A DNA stretch of 63,724 nucleotides, filler included, from Licmophora abbreviata (taxonomy: Eukaryota), in assembly GCA_900291995.1 (NCBI GenBank). It is 12 parts of 12 records of this genome, joined end to end, with 100 filler letters (N's around TTAATTAATTAA, not from the genome) between each part and the next. Parts side by side here need not be neighbours in the genome. Positions count along the whole stretch, not along the records: positions 59,476 to 60,863 come from OLMU01000471.1; positions 60,964 to 63,724 come from OLMU01000473.1; 10 more parts are not named here. The stretch is one strand, 5' to 3'. The translations under genes were made by a program, and so were the position numbers. Under the pieces are notes generated by a model. It did not search any database. It saw only the letters and a list, made by a program, of their open reading frames with translations, and was not told the origin of the DNA. Position 1 is the stretch's first letter. Each line of letters starts with the position of its first letter. Shown here piece after piece: positions 59,476 to 63,724 of this stretch.

Positions 59476-60863
59476 AACATATCAACTTACCTAGTAAACC
59501 CATATTTCCGATCTCGGACGGAATATTCCCGCTGAACTCGTTACCAAACAACCACATACTCTCCATGAGAGTCACTTGACCGAGTTCAGTAGGAAGGTTA
59601 CCCGAAAATGAGCACTCTGAAATTGAGAAGCTCGTCAACGTCGTCTTCGTGCCAATAAACTCCGGAATAGGTCCCGTGAGGCCGGGATTCAGATCAGACC
59701 ACATTTCGTCGATGACCACCATTGGCTCCATGAAAGACAGATCGCCGCTCACAAAAGAATCTTCGATGTAAAAGAATCGAAGATTAGGTAAGGCCGTTAG
59801 TCCCAGAGGAACTGTCTGGTTGTACGCGTTACCGGAAAGAACCACATATTCAAGATTCTGTAGGGGTGTGAAGGCCTCTTCGCGTAGTGGACCGAAGTAC
59901 AACGTGAACGAACAATCATACTCTCTCATATTCGTGAGGAGTCCAATCTCGGTAGGGATTCCAGGGTACTCAAAGTTAGTTGAGCCATAGAATAGAAACT
60001 GAATATTCGAGAGCTGTCCAAGGAACGCATTGAATTCGTCGCCGGGATTCCACACAACGTTGTTGAAGAGATCGATGCGAAGGATTGAGTCCGACATAAT
60101 CGTAACTTCTGGCGGAAAGGATCCTGTAAGACGGTTGCTGAACTGCAATACAAGAACGAGCAACGATAAGGCACAGGTAAGACGAAGAAGAATATATCAC
60201 AACAACCTCCTCGGAATCTCGATCCATGTGAGGTCAACTTACCAATTCAATCGCCGCTACTTGTCCTGCGTTGCATGTAATCCCAAACCACTCACACTCT
60301 TCCGAGTCGGTTTCCCATAGGTCACTTCTGAACCACCCAGGAGGATCCACAGGCATGCCAATAATAGCATCTGTAAACGGAGTTCGAACAGCAAACGTCG
60401 CGTAGTAGATGCTCATCAAAGCATAGCGTTGCTGAAGCTGCGCGTCAGAGTAGCTATCCACATTCGCATTCCCTTGGAGCCATGCAAGAGCTTCTGATTG
60501 GTACGAATCAGGATCCTCGAATTCTTCGCCTCCAAAGATGGCCACTTCTAAGATTACCTGTGTAACCCTATCGAGTGTTGGAGGAGGAGACGGTGGGAGA
60601 GTTGCCATAGTAGGTCCTGGCGTTGGGGCTGGAGTCGGAGCAGGCGATGCAGGAGTTGGCATCGGCGTCGGAGCGGGAGTGGGTCCAGGAGTCGCAGCAG
60701 TAGGTTGTGGTGTGGGCTGTGCAGTGATTGGTGCCGATGATGGCTCTGGTGTTGGAGGCGGCGTCGTAGGTGTGGGTGGTGTCGTAGTTGGACCAGGCGT
60801 AGGCCCGGGTGTTGTAGGCTGAGGAGTGGGGGTTGGCGTAATAGGAGCTGGCGTTGCGACTGT
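59476..60863 (-). CDS. Leucine-rich repeat protein with Pro/Thr-rich stalk (internal fragment; intron 60143-60242)
   Basis: PT/PAPT repeats, SYQSEALAWL..QRYAL..W...ECEWFGITC cap, and plant-type LRRs (NRLTGSFPPE, FSGNLPTELG, FSGNIPSEIG). Confidence 0.88.
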
Positions 60864-60963
60864 NNNNNNNNNNNNNNNNNNNNNNNNNNNNNNNNNNNNN
60901 NNNNNNNTTAATTAATTAANNNNNNNNNNNNNNNNNNNNNNNNNNNNNNNNNNNNNNNNNNNN

Positions 60964-62044
60964 GATGCTCGTCGTACACCAGAGGGTGTATAACATTGAT
61001 CTGAAAGAGAGAAAGCAGTCGCGGCATAACGTCCTTACGCCACCAGTCTAGATCCCGAAGTCGCCTCAGGGTTGGAACGAGGACAGACAATTCGGCCGTT
61101 CGACGACGCGACAGGATGTTTTCGTTTTCTCTGGAATTGCTGAAAGAGTCGACCTCTCTCTTCTCGTCCTCGCTCATGTCCGAAAGAATGCGCTCCAGTT
61201 CATGTCGACACGAATCGAGAGGAACTGTCGACGGCAGGGTCGATTCCCACGATGAAAGTATCGCCGAGACTGATTGTATGTCAAGACTGCTCCTTTTTAT
61301 TCGCAAGCTTGTAGGTGCAGACGAAGTCAGGGGTCTCCACCTTACGGTTCGTATTCGTTCCATGATGCTTTGGACGTACGACGCCGGAGACACCAGGGGC
61401 AGCATGCGAGTGAAAAATGACCAGCAGAGGTCTTCCAGGCAGTCGGTGGTGGATTCGTGCAGTTCCTTTCCCGGATGCAACAAACTATGTAACAGACAAG
61501 CCGCCATTTCCACGGACACCATGCTAGCCTGATCTTGCCTCGACGACGTGAAGCAAAACTGAATCCAGAGGACTGCGACGGGAAGAGGCATCGACCTCCT
61601 ACTCCCATAAACCTTACCTCGCCCCAAATAGTATGCCAAGATCGGACCGTCTATATCTAATACTTTCAATAGAGACGCTTCGCCTTTCTCTCTTTTGATA
61701 ATCTCGTAGCTGCTCTGGAGGATTACCGCCGCAGCACGATCTTCCAGCGACACGTTCGATGAAATTCGAACAAGCAGCTCGCTCGCCGTGTCGTGCATCG
61801 ATGAAGTTCCGGAACTTGAATGAAAACATGGTACATCCCCTAGACATATTGTGATCGATCCATCTGGGGTCTCCAAAGAATCAGATAATACTTTCCCTGC
61901 CCCAGCGAGAGCTTGGATGCCGCTGGTCAATGCATCTTCAAACGCACCCTTCACAAACGATCGCTCGCAATCATTCACAAGGACTTGTATTTTATTGACC
62001 AGATTCTCTGTTGGTACTTTCGTTTTCTTACCCTCTCTCTGCAT
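60964..62044 (-). CDS. Hypothetical helical protein, possibly PEX26/APEM9-like (3' end in gap)
   Basis: Open frame with CERSFVKGAFEDAL, AAAVILQSSYE and YY..MPLPVAVLWIQF. Confidence 0.5.
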
Positions 62045-62343
62045 AGGTGTGTCTACGGTTTATTGGAACACGATGCACAGCAGTCACAAAGCTGTCAAAG
62101 GCCATGGTCAAAGCGACGTGACGATACGTAGACGAGCTGTGTTCCTGTTCTGTTTCTGAACACGACATATTTTACGGAGCGCGAGAGCTCACGATTAATC
62201 GAATGAATCATCAGAAATTGAGCTCCGCGTGGAAGTTACTTGTATGCAACAACCGCGCGCGACGACAAACCCTATGACTCCGGCGCGGCGCTCGTTCGTC
62301 CTCTCGTCGAGAGCGCCACGACGCCGCGACCCACTGTTGTACC

Positions 62344-63315
62344 ATGGCCTCGTCATCAACAAGGATTGCCGCTTCCTGTCTGCTGCGACAGCGTGTTCCC
62401 CGTCCAACAGCACCCTACGAATCCACCCTGGTTCGTGCCCTATCGTCGTACGCCGAAACAAAAAAGGCTGAAAAGCTCAAGCGTACCGAGCGCTTCCGAC
62501 AAGCCCAAGAACGCCTCGCGAGACAAAAGACACGCCGTGATGGTAAACCCAAGGATGAATTGAAGAACGCATTTCGAGAGTGGTTCGATAAGAAACGCGT
62601 CTACCAGGAAATTATGAATCGCAAGGCAAAACAGGCTAAGATGGAGTGGGATATCGAGGTGGCGGCTGTCGTCGAGCGATTGCCCGTCGTGACGCCTGAC
62701 AAGCCAGATTGGGAGCGAGATTATATCGATCTCAAGACGTATCTGATGCAGTTTGGAAAAGAGTATCCACGGGAACTAGGTATGCCGGAACCAGGAGACA
62801 CGCCGCTGACGGAAGAGGATCTATTGGCGATGCTTCCCGAGGGCTTTACCCCTGCACCGAGAGTGACGAAGGCGGACGAAACTGGAGACGTCAAGACGCG
62901 AGATCGACGCTTGGCAACACGTGTTTACTTGACGGTGCTTCCAGGCACAACCAATGACAAGAACTTGAAGTGGGGATTTCCGACAGTCGCTGTTGCAGCA
63001 GAAGAAACTCTTCTGGAAGCGGCCAAGCGAGCAGTGAAGGACTCTGTTGGATCGACTTTGGAGCTCTACTGCCCTTCGAACTGTCCCATCGCAGTGGATC
63101 TCAAGGTCTATTCGGAAGAGGAGCGGAAAGAGAAAGGAACCTATGGAACGACCACGTTCTTTATGAAGGTACAGCACGACGAGGGCGATGTTGCTACATC
63201 GAATGTCAATAATCCAGTCCAGGACTATGCATGGTTGGAACGATCAGAAATGACGGAGCGCGTCAAGGAAGAACGAGGCGAACACGCATCCAAGTTTTAT
63301 CATTACTTACTTTAG
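62344..63315 (+). CDS. MRPL46: Mitochondrial ribosomal protein mL46
   Basis: Mitochondrial-type leader, AAVVERLPVVTPD..WE, FTPAPRVTKADETGD..RRL..VYL, WGFP..ETLLEAAKR, DYAWL. Confidence 0.85.
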   Translation: MASSSTRIAASCLLRQRVPRPTAPYESTLVRALSSYAETKKAEKLKRTERFRQAQERLARQKTRRDGKPKDELKNAFREWFDKKRVYQEIMNRKAKQAKMEWDIEVAAVVERLPVVTPDKPDWERDYIDLKTYLMQFGKEYPRELGMPEPGDTPLTEEDLLAMLPEGFTPAPRVTKADETGDVKTRDRRLATRVYLTVLPGTTNDKNLKWGFPTVAVAAEETLLEAAKRAVKDSVGSTLELYCPSNCPIAVDLKVYSEEERKEKGTYGTTTFFMKVQHDEGDVATSNVNNPVQDYAWLERSEMTERVKEERGEHASKFYHYLL

Positions 63316-63411
63316 TATGCACTTATCGGTATTCCACATAGTTGGGCGTATGTTCCTGCCGATCGATGACCTCACTGACATGCAGCAGCCTCAGAAACCA
63401 TCGTTGTATTG

Positions 63412-63724
63412 TCATCCCGTCAAACTCGACACCGTTCCCGACTGCCAGAACAAACACATTAGGAATAGGAGAAACGCGAAACATCCAAAGATAGTGCCCA
63501 TGACGACTTGTCGAAATGCGTCTGGGTCGTCCTCGAGATGGTTCACGAGATTCATTCCAAAGATGGAGCCAATGAATGAGCCAATCGCCACGACCAGCGA
63601 TAAGAGACTGACCAGAGTGTTGATGTAAAGCAGTCGATTCCGGACGGAGTCTAGCTGCATGTCGATGAGTTCCTCAGCGGTCACCACTTGGCCTTTCATA
63701 AGGTCCAGCTGGTTAGTGGTACTC
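63412..63724 (-). CDS. MRS2/CorA-family Mg2+ transporter, C-terminal part (cut by window end)
   Basis: EELIDMQLDSVRNRLL, TM helix, IFGMNL signature and a second TM helix. Confidence 0.88.
   Translation of the reverse strand, partial: STTNQLDLMKGQVVTAEELIDMQLDSVRNRLLYINTLVSLLSLVVAIGSFIGSIFGMNLVNHLEDDPDAFRQVVMGTIFGCFAFLLFLMCLFWQSGTVSSLTG

Noticed and set aside
8628..60963. Eleven identical TTAATTAATTAA palindromes, superficially like a dispersed repeat or array
   Set aside because: Each is centred in a fixed N block. It is an artificial six-frame stop linker.

Overview
This is eukaryotic nuclear DNA, very probably from a diatom or related ochrophyte. Genes are compact, introns are short (about 75-115 bp), several proteins carry signal peptides ending in an ASAF-like plastid-targeting motif, and diatom-type LRR and M6-protease architectures occur. 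The window is 12 contigs joined by eleven artificial 100-nt spacers (44 N + TTAATTAATTAA + 44 N). At one spacer the flanks overlap by 43 bp and at another by 5 bp, so at least some joins are real neighbours. About 30 protein genes are present, including housekeeping genes (YIF1, NMD3, GalE, SMC2, VAC14, SPOUT1, DBP5, mL46, MRS2), plus one tRNA-Phe(GAA) and an RNase H fragment of a retroelement. The most notable items are: (1) a head-to-head VTC4-like/VTC1-like polyphosphate-polymerase pair sharing an unexplained luminal C-terminal domain, with a degenerate SPX-like N-terminus on the catalytic subunit; (2) an ABCB transporter with rearranged TMD-NBD-NBD-TMD order; (3) a divergent pair of bacterial-type secreted enzymes, an M6 metalloprotease with three repeats and a 5x bulb-lectin/GH71-GH99-like fusion; (4) candidate CENP-C and PEX26/APEM9-like genes. 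All family calls come from motif recognition by eye; no database searches were run.
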